Below, piece by piece: positions 54,556 to 62,279 of a DNA stretch of 64,000 nucleotides; within the stretch, counting starts at the first letter, position 1, and every line of letters begins with the position of its first letter. The notes beneath the pieces were generated by a model, which searched no databases, was not told the DNA's origin, and saw only the letters and a list, made by a program, of their open reading frames with translations. Position numbers and translations under genes: made by a program. Where the stretch lies: IMG/VR virus record IMGVR_UViG_2645727901_000008; one strand, given 5' to 3'. The DNA comes from a virus. Its lineage: Duplodnaviria; Heunggongvirae; Uroviricota; Caudoviricetes.

Positions 54556-55323
54556 TCACCCCATAGATATCGAGGTTTCGGTAATAATACGTTTTGCGTC
54601 CAACTCCCATGCTGTGATCACGTCTGCAATCACACTTATCGGCGCTTGTGTGGCATAAATACGCTCTTCTCCAATTGGTGCCGAAACATCCGTAAATCCG
54701 ACTTCTTTGGCATCCTGTATCGAGCAAATCAGCGGGACCGGGACACGAACAAGGTGAGTGGTTGCTTCAAATTGTGTACCTGTCATCAGGCGAAGCCGTG
54801 CGCCCAGCGAATTACACATCAGACTCATGGTCGCTTTATCAGTTGACATTAACGTAACGTCATACGTCAGAATGGCCTGGGTGTATTCCAGTTCTGCTAA
54901 AGGCATTCCGGTATCCGGTTCGCAAAAACTGGCTACTTTTTTGCGGTCAATCTGCTGATCATCGTTGATATAATTGATATCCATAGTGCGTGAGATATTG
55001 ACCAGGGGGAGAGCATCCCGGTTAATGTTCTGGTTTTCAGGTTTTCTCCCTTGCCCGGCATTTGCGCGACGAACTGCTTTAAGAAACTCGATCGCATTGT
55101 CGAAACGGGCCACATAGACACGCTCTGCTGGTGGACGATTCAGGAATGACGCAAAGCGTTTTTCTTCCGGCGCGGGGGCCACCAGTAAGATATCAGAAAA
55201 GATATTGCTGATTAGCGTAGCAAACGCGTTATCCACGTTTTCAAAGCCCGTGGTCTGGAATTTCCCTGTGCGTGAGGTTTGCCATTCACCTGTTCGCGCC
55301 AGGAGGGTTTTATTTGAAGTCAT
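54556..55323 (-). CDS. hypothetical structural protein
   Basis: 255-aa ORF in the same late operon. Confidence 0.4.
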   Translation of the reverse strand: MTSNKTLLARTGEWQTSRTGKFQTTGFENVDNAFATLISNIFSDILLVAPAPEEKRFASFLNRPPAERVYVARFDNAIEFLKAVRRANAGQGRKPENQNINRDALPLVNISRTMDINYINDDQQIDRKKVASFCEPDTGMPLAELEYTQAILTYDVTLMSTDKATMSLMCNSLGARLRLMTGTQFEATTHLVRVPVPLICSIQDAKEVGFTDVSAPIGEERIYATQAPISVIADVITAWELDAKRIITETSISMG

Positions 55324-56111
55324 TCGATCACTCCGTTTTGAGTCGTATCAAAATTCCTGGCAGGTATGCAGTAGTAAAGCGAACCAACATGCTGTGTGCC
55401 GTAGCTAAAAATACGGTGCACGTACCACCAGCGGCGGGCTACGCCGTTTACCATCTCTTCATTCCATTCAAGAATTGATCCGACGGGGACGTTATTTGCT
55501 GCAATACGCAGAATCAGAACATCATCGGTTAAGCCATCCTGCTCACCGTCTGCGTCAATCGCATGGAAAGAGTCACGCCCGTCCGGGTTATCCAGCACAT
55601 AAACGATTTCAGGTTCCTGGTAAGTCAGTTCGCGCTGGTTGTTATCCAGTTCAGTGAATGACTCTTCTCCTGTTTCGTCGCTGACTACCCCATATGTGCC
55701 AACATCTGGTCGATATAAGAGAGCCTGAAACGCGTCTGGGCTGGATTCAATAATCAGCATCCAGTCTGCGCGGATTTGGTCGTTAAAGGCTTTATGCCCG
55801 TTATAGCGTGCTTTTAGCTGTGGAGTTGGTTCTCTGCCAGCCAGGGAAGGTGGAAGTATGGCTATATCTGATTCGGCAGCATCCGGAGTAAGGCCAGCGT
55901 TGCTATCAGCAAAATTATCATGGCTATCAGCTTTGGCGGCGGGTTGCTCTTCCAGAATGCTGAATGAATCCGAACCGGTATTGCCATGTTCCGGCGCGCC
56001 TCCTGCATTCGCTTCAATCGGCGCTGGCGTTTCTCTCTGCGTGCTGTCATGTTCTGACTCATTACTTGCCAGGTTTGCATCGTCAGCAAACCATTCGTCA
56101 AAACGGCCCAT
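55320..56111 (-). CDS. hypothetical acidic protein
   Basis: Track ORF 55320..56153; ATG 56111 (MGRFDEW…) has SD gagg at good spacing and sits 52-62 bp from the late-type motif. Confidence 0.4.
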   Translation of the reverse strand: MGRFDEWFADDANLASNESEHDSTQRETPAPIEANAGGAPEHGNTGSDSFSILEEQPAAKADSHDNFADSNAGLTPDAAESDIAILPPSLAGREPTPQLKARYNGHKAFNDQIRADWMLIIESSPDAFQALLYRPDVGTYGVVSDETGEESFTELDNNQRELTYQEPEIVYVLDNPDGRDSFHAIDADGEQDGLTDDVLILRIAANNVPVGSILEWNEEMVNGVARRWWYVHRIFSYGTQHVGSLYYCIPARNFDTTQNGVIE

Positions 56112-56162
56112 AAGCATCCTCAAAGGTCGATTTATCAGGTATCGAGGGTGCATTGTCTGGAG

Positions 56163-56173
56163 ATTGTGATTTC
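56163..56173 (-). promoter_or_regulatory. late-promoter-like motif (attgtgatttc)
   Basis: Core TTGTGATTTC upstream of the 55320..56111 operon. Confidence 0.35.
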
Positions 56174-56181
56174 AATTCATA

Positions 56182-56226
56182 TCCCAACATGGGACTAAAG
56201 TGCTTTACATTGTCCCATATTGGGAC
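56182..56226 (+). promoter_or_regulatory. two palindromic operators in the higBA promoter
   Basis: TCCCA-ACA-TGGGA (56182..56194) and GTCCCA-TAT-TGGGAC (56212..56226), with a -10-like TATACT at 56231..56236. Confidence 0.5.
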
Positions 56227-56256
56227 TACTATACTTTCAGAGAGAAGGAATCTGTG

Positions 56257-56559
56257 ATGAAAATAATTTCGGTAAAAACACTAAGGGATTTCTGGGCGAA
56301 GAATCCCGATGCAGAACAGCCATTAAAGGCATGGGTTGATGAAGCAACAAAGGCTGACTGGAAAAATCCGGCTGAGATCAAAGAACAGTACCGGACAGCC
56401 AGCATCCTTAAAAACAGGCGCGTGGTGTTCAATATTAAGGGAAATGATTACAGGTTAATTGTCGCAATTGCTTATCAGCGAGGATGGATGTTCGTTAAGT
56501 TTATTGGAACACATAAGGAATACGATGCCATTGAAGCGGATACAATAGAACTGGAGTAA
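56257..56559 (+). CDS. higB: HigB toxin (RelE/ParE superfamily)
   Basis: MKIISVKTLRDFWAKNPDAEQ…VVFNIKGNDYRLIVAIAYQRGWMFVKFIGTHKEYD; the THKEYD motif and fold pattern match E. coli HigB as recalled; SD gaagga. Confidence 0.85.
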   Translation: MKIISVKTLRDFWAKNPDAEQPLKAWVDEATKADWKNPAEIKEQYRTASILKNRRVVFNIKGNDYRLIVAIAYQRGWMFVKFIGTHKEYDAIEADTIELE

Positions 56560-56562
56560 ATC

Positions 56563-56922
56563 ATGAACATTAAACCTATCCGTACAGAACAAGATTATGA
56601 GGCCGCACTGCGTGCGGTCGAACCGATGTTCGATAACGAACCGGAAATGAACACACCGGAAGGCGATTTCTTTGAAGTAATGTGCCTGCTCATTGAAGAG
56701 TACGAGAAAAAGCATTACCCAATTGAGCCACCATCACCTATTGAAGCCATTAAATTCCGTATGGAACAGCAAGGGCTGACCGTGAAGGATCTGGAACCGG
56801 CGATTGGTAAGTCAAATCGAGTTTACGAAGTGCTTAATGGGACACGAAATTTGACGTTACCTATGATTCGTCGTTTACATGCCCAGTTTGGTATTCCACT
56901 GGAAAGTCTGGTTGGTGTTTAA
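56563..56922 (+). CDS. higA: HigA antitoxin (HTH)
   Basis: 119 aa, 3 bp after higB; C-terminal HTH-like segment LTVKDLEPAIGKSNRVYEVLNG. Confidence 0.8.
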   Translation: MNIKPIRTEQDYEAALRAVEPMFDNEPEMNTPEGDFFEVMCLLIEEYEKKHYPIEPPSPIEAIKFRMEQQGLTVKDLEPAIGKSNRVYEVLNGTRNLTLPMIRRLHAQFGIPLESLVGV

Positions 56923-56984
56923 GTTTGGCGGTCTGGAGGACCGCTTTTTATCTAAAATAAAAATTAGAAGGTTTGATAGCTTGT

Positions 56985-57722
56985 ATGGGCAAAAATTCAT
57001 CAACAGAAAACACATCTACAATTGACTCAATCAAGGGCACAATGGATGAAGCCATAAAAGATAAATTATTTAATAAATTATTTGCATATGTGGTGGTTTC
57101 ATTTTTTGTCGTTAATTGGCAAGAAATACTAATTTTGTTTAAATCTAAATATGATATATACACAACACTGTCTATAGTATGGGTAGGGGATAAATATCAA
57201 ATCCCTTATTTTGGAACCTTCATTGTATCTCCGTTTTTAGCTCACTTTGTGATGCCGTTTATATATGGCACTATTGCGTCCATAGTGATGCCTTATATTA
57301 CTATGCGTATATCAAAACTCACTGGTAGAAATTATGCGCAAATAAGATACATTGACCATGAATTTGACTCAGAAGAGAAAGCAAGAGTAAAGGCGTTGCT
57401 GAGAAACCTAAAGAAAAAAGAGGAAGAGCTTTTAAAATTAGAGGAACAAATAGAAGGTCAACAAAAAATACTGAATACAATCGAAGAAAAGAAGAGAGAG
57501 ATTGAGAGTGCCAGAGTGGCTCTGTATCACGGTATAAAAGTAATTGTTGATATATATAAAGCAAAAGATAAAAGGATTTCCACCAAAGAAGATTTTGCCG
57601 ATTTATTAAAAGCAATTGAAGAAAGTGATTTTTATAAAGACACTGGGTTGTGGGGTATTAATAAATTAATAGATGACGTGGAGACAATATATGAGTCTCA
57701 ATCGACATCAAAGGACAAGTAA
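56985..57722 (+). CDS. membrane protein with C-terminal coiled coil (cargo)
   Basis: Very AT-rich; hydrophobic helices FAYVVVSFFVVNW and FIVSPFLAHFVMPFIYGTIASIVMPYI, then a K/E-rich coiled coil. Start codon uncertain. Confidence 0.5.
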   Translation: MGKNSSTENTSTIDSIKGTMDEAIKDKLFNKLFAYVVVSFFVVNWQEILILFKSKYDIYTTLSIVWVGDKYQIPYFGTFIVSPFLAHFVMPFIYGTIASIVMPYITMRISKLTGRNYAQIRYIDHEFDSEEKARVKALLRNLKKKEEELLKLEEQIEGQQKILNTIEEKKREIESARVALYHGIKVIVDIYKAKDKRISTKEDFADLLKAIEESDFYKDTGLWGINKLIDDVETIYESQSTSKDK

Positions 57723-57726
57723 TATA

Positions 57727-57752
57727 AAAGGCGGGATAACCGCCTTTGTTGT
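57727..57752. terminator. bidirectional intrinsic terminator
   Basis: aaaggcgg-gataa-ccgccttt between convergent genes. Confidence 0.55.
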
Positions 57753-57755
57753 AAA

Positions 57756-58952
57756 TTAAGAACCTTTCTTCACATACTCCATGAACATTTTTTCAGCTTG
57801 TGCAGGTGGTGTTCCTGCCATGACCAGCGCATCAATGAACGCCTGCTTCTTCAGTGCGAACTGATCGGCCAGGCGTTGCTGAAGCTCCTTGTTTTTCTGT
57901 TTCTCACGTTGCAACGCCGCTTCTTTTGCTGCCGCCCGTTTTTTCTGTGCGTCTGACAACTTTCTGGCCTTGGTCAGTTGGTCACGTAGCTTGTCAATCT
58001 TGCCGTTGTCCTTTGCCAGTTTTGTGCTTAAAGCGGCCTGGCGCTTCTGATAGAGCCTCCATTCGCGCTTGGCAGCGTCAACGTTTGTTTTACTGTTGCG
58101 ATTGCGATTAAACTCCCTCTCGTCTTCTTTTGAGAAGTGTTTGGTTGTACGGCGGCGATCGTCACCAAATGCAATTTGCGTTGCGGCCTTTTGTAACGCA
58201 CGAGCAATACTCATTTGCCAACTAGCGGACTGTAACCGCGTCATTGAGTGGATCACGTGTTTACAGGCGACGCCTTGTAGCTTAGGGTTACGAACTTTTG
58301 GATAGGCGTATTCTTTTGGCGGGGCCAGGGCAAAGTTACCCGCAGTAGCGATGTAACGATACCAGTATTGATGACGACCACAGTCACAATCGAAAGACAC
58401 CCGCCCGGCGCACAGTGATTTAGTGATTTTCAGAGCTGATTTATCGTCTTCTGCGATGTCATCGACCATCTGATCCCATTCTTCAAAGCGTATCCGGACG
58501 ATATGGTGCTGGTGGACGGATATATCCGATGCTTCTACGCGGATATGAATCACGTTGTGGCGAAGAGATACGGGTGTAGCTCTTTTGATACCAGATCCGT
58601 CATCCACGGCGTTATTTGCACGCTTAATATCGATTGCCTGGCTGGATGCCACCAGCTGGGCGTATGTGATGCCAGCCGTCTTGCTGTCATATTTTTCGCG
58701 TGTTTTACTCCGTAGCTTTTCGAAACCTTTCAGGTCGTCTCGCGTGAAGAACGTGCCGCCTTTTTTCTTCCCTAACTTGAGAATATCTTCGGCGGATTTG
58801 TTCCTCAGTCTACCTGGCGTCAGCGTCCGGTGAGCTTGTCGGCGCTTACGGGTTTGTTCTTTCCTGATAAGGTCGAATAAACGCGTGAAGTCCTTAGAGG
58901 ACAGGCCGTCAGTGATATAGCGCCCGTCCTGGTTTTTCAGGAAATCAGGCAT
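57756..58952 (-). CDS. Cys/His-motif protein with lysine-rich coiled-coil C-terminus
   Basis: 398 aa with FDCDCGRH…CKHVIH, a possible zinc-binding motif, and a K/A/Q-rich coiled coil; start overlaps the upstream gene by 8 nt. Confidence 0.5.
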   Translation of the reverse strand: MPDFLKNQDGRYITDGLSSKDFTRLFDLIRKEQTRKRRQAHRTLTPGRLRNKSAEDILKLGKKKGGTFFTRDDLKGFEKLRSKTREKYDSKTAGITYAQLVASSQAIDIKRANNAVDDGSGIKRATPVSLRHNVIHIRVEASDISVHQHHIVRIRFEEWDQMVDDIAEDDKSALKITKSLCAGRVSFDCDCGRHQYWYRYIATAGNFALAPPKEYAYPKVRNPKLQGVACKHVIHSMTRLQSASWQMSIARALQKAATQIAFGDDRRRTTKHFSKEDEREFNRNRNSKTNVDAAKREWRLYQKRQAALSTKLAKDNGKIDKLRDQLTKARKLSDAQKKRAAAKEAALQREKQKNKELQQRLADQFALKKQAFIDALVMAGTPPAQAEKMFMEYVKKGS

Positions 58953-59274
58953 TTTCTATCTCCGGTTCCGCGCTCGCGTAATCACGGATCTTGTTCCTCA
59001 GCCATGCCACATCAGGAAGAGTTAACGTGGTCCCGGCGGGCATTTCTTCCATTTCTGACTCATGGCCCACCAGCACCCGGAATACCCAGCGCAAATCTGC
59101 ATTGCCATACGCCCTGTAGGCTGCAAGGTCTGAACGATATACTTCATCAATCTTTATCGTGTACTGGAAATTATCAGAGTGATACTCCGATACCCGCTTA
59201 ATCATTTCCTGGTGAAACAGCGCACGAAAAATATCGTCTTCAATGTACCTATCGTCGAGTCTGCTATAGCCCAT
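58945..59274 (-). CDS. hypothetical protein
   Basis: 109-aa ORF translationally coupled to the 398-aa gene. Confidence 0.45.
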   Translation of the reverse strand: MGYSRLDDRYIEDDIFRALFHQEMIKRVSEYHSDNFQYTIKIDEVYRSDLAAYRAYGNADLRWVFRVLVGHESEMEEMPAGTTLTLPDVAWLRNKIRDYASAEPEIENA

Positions 59275-59467
59275 AACAAAGCCTCTCAGTCATAACATGG
59301 GGGAAACTGTATGCAGGGTGTGAAATGCGAGAAACAGACAGGCCACCAGTTCAGGGGGATGTGGTTCATAAATCCCCTCACTGGTGACAAGTGACTTTCA
59401 TTAATCTTTATGCGGGGGCCAGCTTCATTTGCTGGCATTAGATTAAAAATTAAACGGAGTGAATGAC

Positions 59468-59601
59468 ATGGATGTTATTCTAGAATTGTTAAAGCTTATT
59501 GATCTGTTTATGAACGCCTCATTGACCACTCAAATACTGGCGTCAATATTTTTGTTACTCTTCTACCTGGTATTGAGGGAGTTAACAAAGCTACTAATGT
59601 G
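59468..59601 (+). CDS. unannotated small hydrophobic peptide (44 aa)
   Basis: Below the ORF-track cutoff. ATG 59468 with SD ggag; encodes MDVILELLKLIDLFMNASLTTQILASIFLLLFYLVLRELTKLLM, one predicted TM helix; the stop abuts a convergent gene. Confidence 0.3.
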
Positions 59602-59602
59602 A

Positions 59603-60256
59603 TCAAAGTATCACGGTATCTTCATCAACTTCTTTCCCAGCCAGTGACTTTGGCTGGGAGGTGCCTGCTTTAACTTTTTCATGCCCAATAATGGAAAGGA
59701 ACGAAGCGAGTATGCCTGTTTTTTGCTCTTTCTCGACTGTACCGGTCATCTGCTCTACATAATCTGCACTGGCAACGTTGTGGTATACGGTCGCGTAGCA
59801 ACACAGGATCATCAGAATATGCTCCGGCCTGATATCCTGCCAGTTCACCCTGTAGACTTCTTCTCCGTTACCGTTGTATTCGGTATCAACGATAGAGTCG
59901 GGGATTTCGAAAGCACCTTTGTTATTTTGCGGCAGGGATAATAGTTTCTGGAGTTTTAACTCTCTGTATCTTTCCATCCCGACGATGATTGCTGCTCTTC
60001 CATCGGCATGACGGGTCTTGAGAGTCACCTGACTTGCTCCGGTGCCAGCGGAGATCGTTGGCGTAATTTCGTCTACCAGTACCTTAAATTTGCTTTTCCG
60101 CAGGGCTGCTATAGCTGGAGGAATTTTTTGCTTTTGCTCCAATGCTGACGCGGGAAGGGGTTTTACTTCGTTAATAATGAGAGCACCGTCTTTCAGTATT
60201 GCAGTGAGCATTTGAGGCTTGCTGGTGGTCAGGCTGAATATTGCGATCTTTTCCAT
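59603..60256 (-). CDS. hypothetical protein
   Basis: About 218 aa from ATG 60256 (MEKIAIF…) with strong SD ggaggaagg; a 15-mer late-type motif lies 145 bp upstream. Confidence 0.5.
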   Translation of the reverse strand: MEKIAIFSLTTSKPQMLTAILKDGALIINEVKPLPASALEQKQKIPPAIAALRKSKFKVLVDEITPTISAGTGASQVTLKTRHADGRAAIIVGMERYRELKLQKLLSLPQNNKGAFEIPDSIVDTEYNGNGEEVYRVNWQDIRPEHILMILCCYATVYHNVASADYVEQMTGTVEKEQKTGILASFLSIIGHEKVKAGTSQPKSLAGKEVDEDTVIL

Positions 60257-60400
60257 TGTCCTTCCTCCACGGATGACGGATACAAAAAAAGGCCGCACAT
60301 GGCGGCCTGCTTTGGCGTTATGACTCCCTACCGCGCTTCGGCTGAAAGTTAATCGTCAAAAGAACCTTCAACGGGAGCCGTTAGCGCGATGGATTATGTG

Positions 60401-60415
60401 CAGTTTGTGATTTCC
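60401..60415 (-). promoter_or_regulatory. late-promoter-like motif (cagtttgtgatttcc)
   Basis: Identical 15-mer to 28729..28743; CATAAT follows 4 bp downstream in sense orientation. Confidence 0.45.
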
Positions 60416-60524
60416 AAAATAGTGTCAACCACTTTTTGTGGATTTTATTTTTTGACCGAAATTTGGCCTAAATCATGTTGATGTAGTTAATTGTTTTTAT
60501 AACATAAAACTTCATTTTGTTTAC

Positions 60525-61148
60525 ATGAAGGATGGTGTAGTGAAGTTAAGGGTTTTAGGGGCCGCGCTCGCGGCTATGTTGGGATGCGTATCTGCTAATA
60601 CTGCCAATGCAACTGCGTTACCTGCACAATTCAGGGCAGGGCAGCAGGTTATGAATAATGCTGGTGGGGATCATTCACAAGCGGCCATTATGGACTTTTG
60701 CAAGAGGGAGGGCATTCCATTACGGCCTGTTGGAACTCAGTTTATTGGTAAAACTGACTTTTGCGTTTTTGCATATACAGCATATCTGACGGACAAAGCT
60801 ATAACAAAAACAGGTTATTCAACCAAAGATACTCTTTCCAGATTAAGTCAGGGATGGCAGCAATTCGAAGTGTATCGCCAGCAAGGATTAGGTGAGTTAT
60901 TGCAACCACTTTTTATGCTTGCGTTGGTGCCCGAGGGGCAGCAATTTTTGGTTAAAAAGGGAATGCTTCGCCAAAGTGATATTGCCGGGTTCGATAGCAT
61001 GATGGCTTATGAGCGCAAACTAACCGAGCAGCGAAATAAAAAACCATCTGCTTCATGTGTGCAAAGTAAAACAGCAGAATACAGTGCAGTAGCCGGGCCT
61101 TTAGCCAAACAAATGGCAGAGCAATGGTGTAAAAAATACGGGCAATAA
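60525..61148 (+). CDS. secreted/periplasmic protein (signal peptide)
   Basis: Signal peptide KLRVLGAALAAMLGCVSANTANA; likely GTG start at 60540 with SD aagga; possible lipobox MLGC. Confidence 0.5.
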   Translation: MKDGVVKLRVLGAALAAMLGCVSANTANATALPAQFRAGQQVMNNAGGDHSQAAIMDFCKREGIPLRPVGTQFIGKTDFCVFAYTAYLTDKAITKTGYSTKDTLSRLSQGWQQFEVYRQQGLGELLQPLFMLALVPEGQQFLVKKGMLRQSDIAGFDSMMAYERKLTEQRNKKPSASCVQSKTAEYSAVAGPLAKQMAEQWCKKYGQ

Positions 61149-61168
61149 GTTACGCAGCGGAGGCAGAA

Positions 61169-61561
61169 TTGAAAAGATTGACTATTGCTTTACTGGCGTC
61201 TTTCCCTTTGATCGCGAGCGCCGGAAATTTACAAGTTAAGTGCGGTCGGTTTGATATAAAAATCTATCCAGATGCCATATTTCTGAATGGGAATAAGGTT
61301 GATAACGTACACCGAAAAACTAAATCTGACGTAATGAGCTATGTGTTCCAGGAGTATGCGGAGATGGGGGGAACTTACACGCTGTACTCGCTGGATGTTC
61401 CTTCTCGCGGTGATATGACATTATCCCATCAATGGCAGAACGCCGATGGCGAAGCTCTGCGCGAAGTTAAAACAGAAAAATGCGGCACTTTCCATTCTTT
61501 TAAAGGGAAAGTGCCAAATGTTAAATCTGTGCTTGAAAAACAGCGCGCAGGTGATTTTTAA
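61169..61561 (+). CDS. secreted small protein (signal peptide)
   Basis: MKRLTIALLASFPLIASA signal peptide; 130 aa; followed by a terminator. Confidence 0.5.
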   Translation: MKRLTIALLASFPLIASAGNLQVKCGRFDIKIYPDAIFLNGNKVDNVHRKTKSDVMSYVFQEYAEMGGTYTLYSLDVPSRGDMTLSHQWQNADGEALREVKTEKCGTFHSFKGKVPNVKSVLEKQRAGDF

Positions 61562-61583
61562 ACTGCGTTAGCACTTTGAACAT

Positions 61584-61628
61584 GGCGACAACACATCTTG
61601 GTGGCTGCGTTGTCGCTGTATGTTTTTA
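61584..61628 (+). terminator. intrinsic terminator
   Basis: Stem ggcgacaac/gttgtcgc followed by tgtatgtttttat. Confidence 0.55.
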
Positions 61629-61649
61629 TAATATAAAGCATTAAAGTTT

Positions 61650-62279
61650 TCATTTTTGTCGGATCTTTTCCAGCATATTTAATTCATTATCACTTTCTGC
61701 TGCTGAGACGGTTGGCCTCACATTTCCGAAATATTTCCTGTGAGACTCATGACTTATGTATTCACCGACAGTTTCATTCTTGAATATACGAATTTGACAT
61801 ATGCGAGATCCAACAATAAGTTCTACAGGGCTATTCCCATGATTAAATAACTCTAAAGATATACAGCCTCTGTACCCTGGTTGTATCATGGTATTTAATG
61901 AAAGACCAAGCCTTGTATAGCTGCTTCTGGACAATACATCAGCGTAGCAATCTGGTGGCAAACAAACATATTCTAATGTTGTTGCCAGTACCACTTGATT
62001 CGGGTAAACAATGAATCTATCCCCAAGATCTCTCCTTGTTTCCTGGAAAAATGTTCTGATTGGTTGATGAGTATCATTGTTTTTTGATGGAATTAACTCT
62101 ATTGACGGCTTCCTTGTCATAATAGACACTAAAAAATCGTAACCAAGTCTAAGGTCTATGGTGAAGTTCCCAATTTGGTTTTTATTTAGAAGAGGTTCAA
62201 TGAACAACGACTCAGGTTCTTCTGATTCATAATATTGCAGCAATTCAGCTTTGCTTAGGAGATTCATTGTGCACTCCAT
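61650..62279 (-). CDS. dCTP deaminase family (Dcd / dUTPase-fold) protein
   Basis: IDLRLGYDF…LSRSSYTRLGLSL…IQPGYRGCISLELFNHGNSPVELIVGSRICQIRIF is collinear with E. coli Dcd motifs as recalled, including the S/R and E catalytic positions. Last gene of a coupled operon; AT-rich. Confidence 0.75.
   Translation of the reverse strand: MECTMNLLSKAELLQYYESEEPESLFIEPLLNKNQIGNFTIDLRLGYDFLVSIMTRKPSIELIPSKNNDTHQPIRTFFQETRRDLGDRFIVYPNQVVLATTLEYVCLPPDCYADVLSRSSYTRLGLSLNTMIQPGYRGCISLELFNHGNSPVELIVGSRICQIRIFKNETVGEYISHESHRKYFGNVRPTVSAAESDNELNMLEKIRQK

Noticed and set aside
57756-58952. 398-aa gene as P1 PacA-like with an internal pac site
   Set aside because: Size is similar to PacA as recalled, but no cluster of TGATCA/G hexamers with GATC sites was found in the gene; GATC sites are scattered.
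60291-60307. Hairpin ggccgc-acatg-gcggcc as a terminator
   Set aside because: The U-run is on the minus-strand side, but no minus-strand gene lies upstream of it; it sits in the long 5' leader of the 59603..60256 gene, so it is more likely a leader structure.
61650-62279. Equating the Dcd-like gene with the published dCTP-deaminase defence family
   Set aside because: As recalled, those defence proteins use a zinc-dependent cytidine-deaminase fold, whereas this protein has dUTPase/Dcd-type motifs; it is therefore treated as a distinct candidate, pending a profile search.
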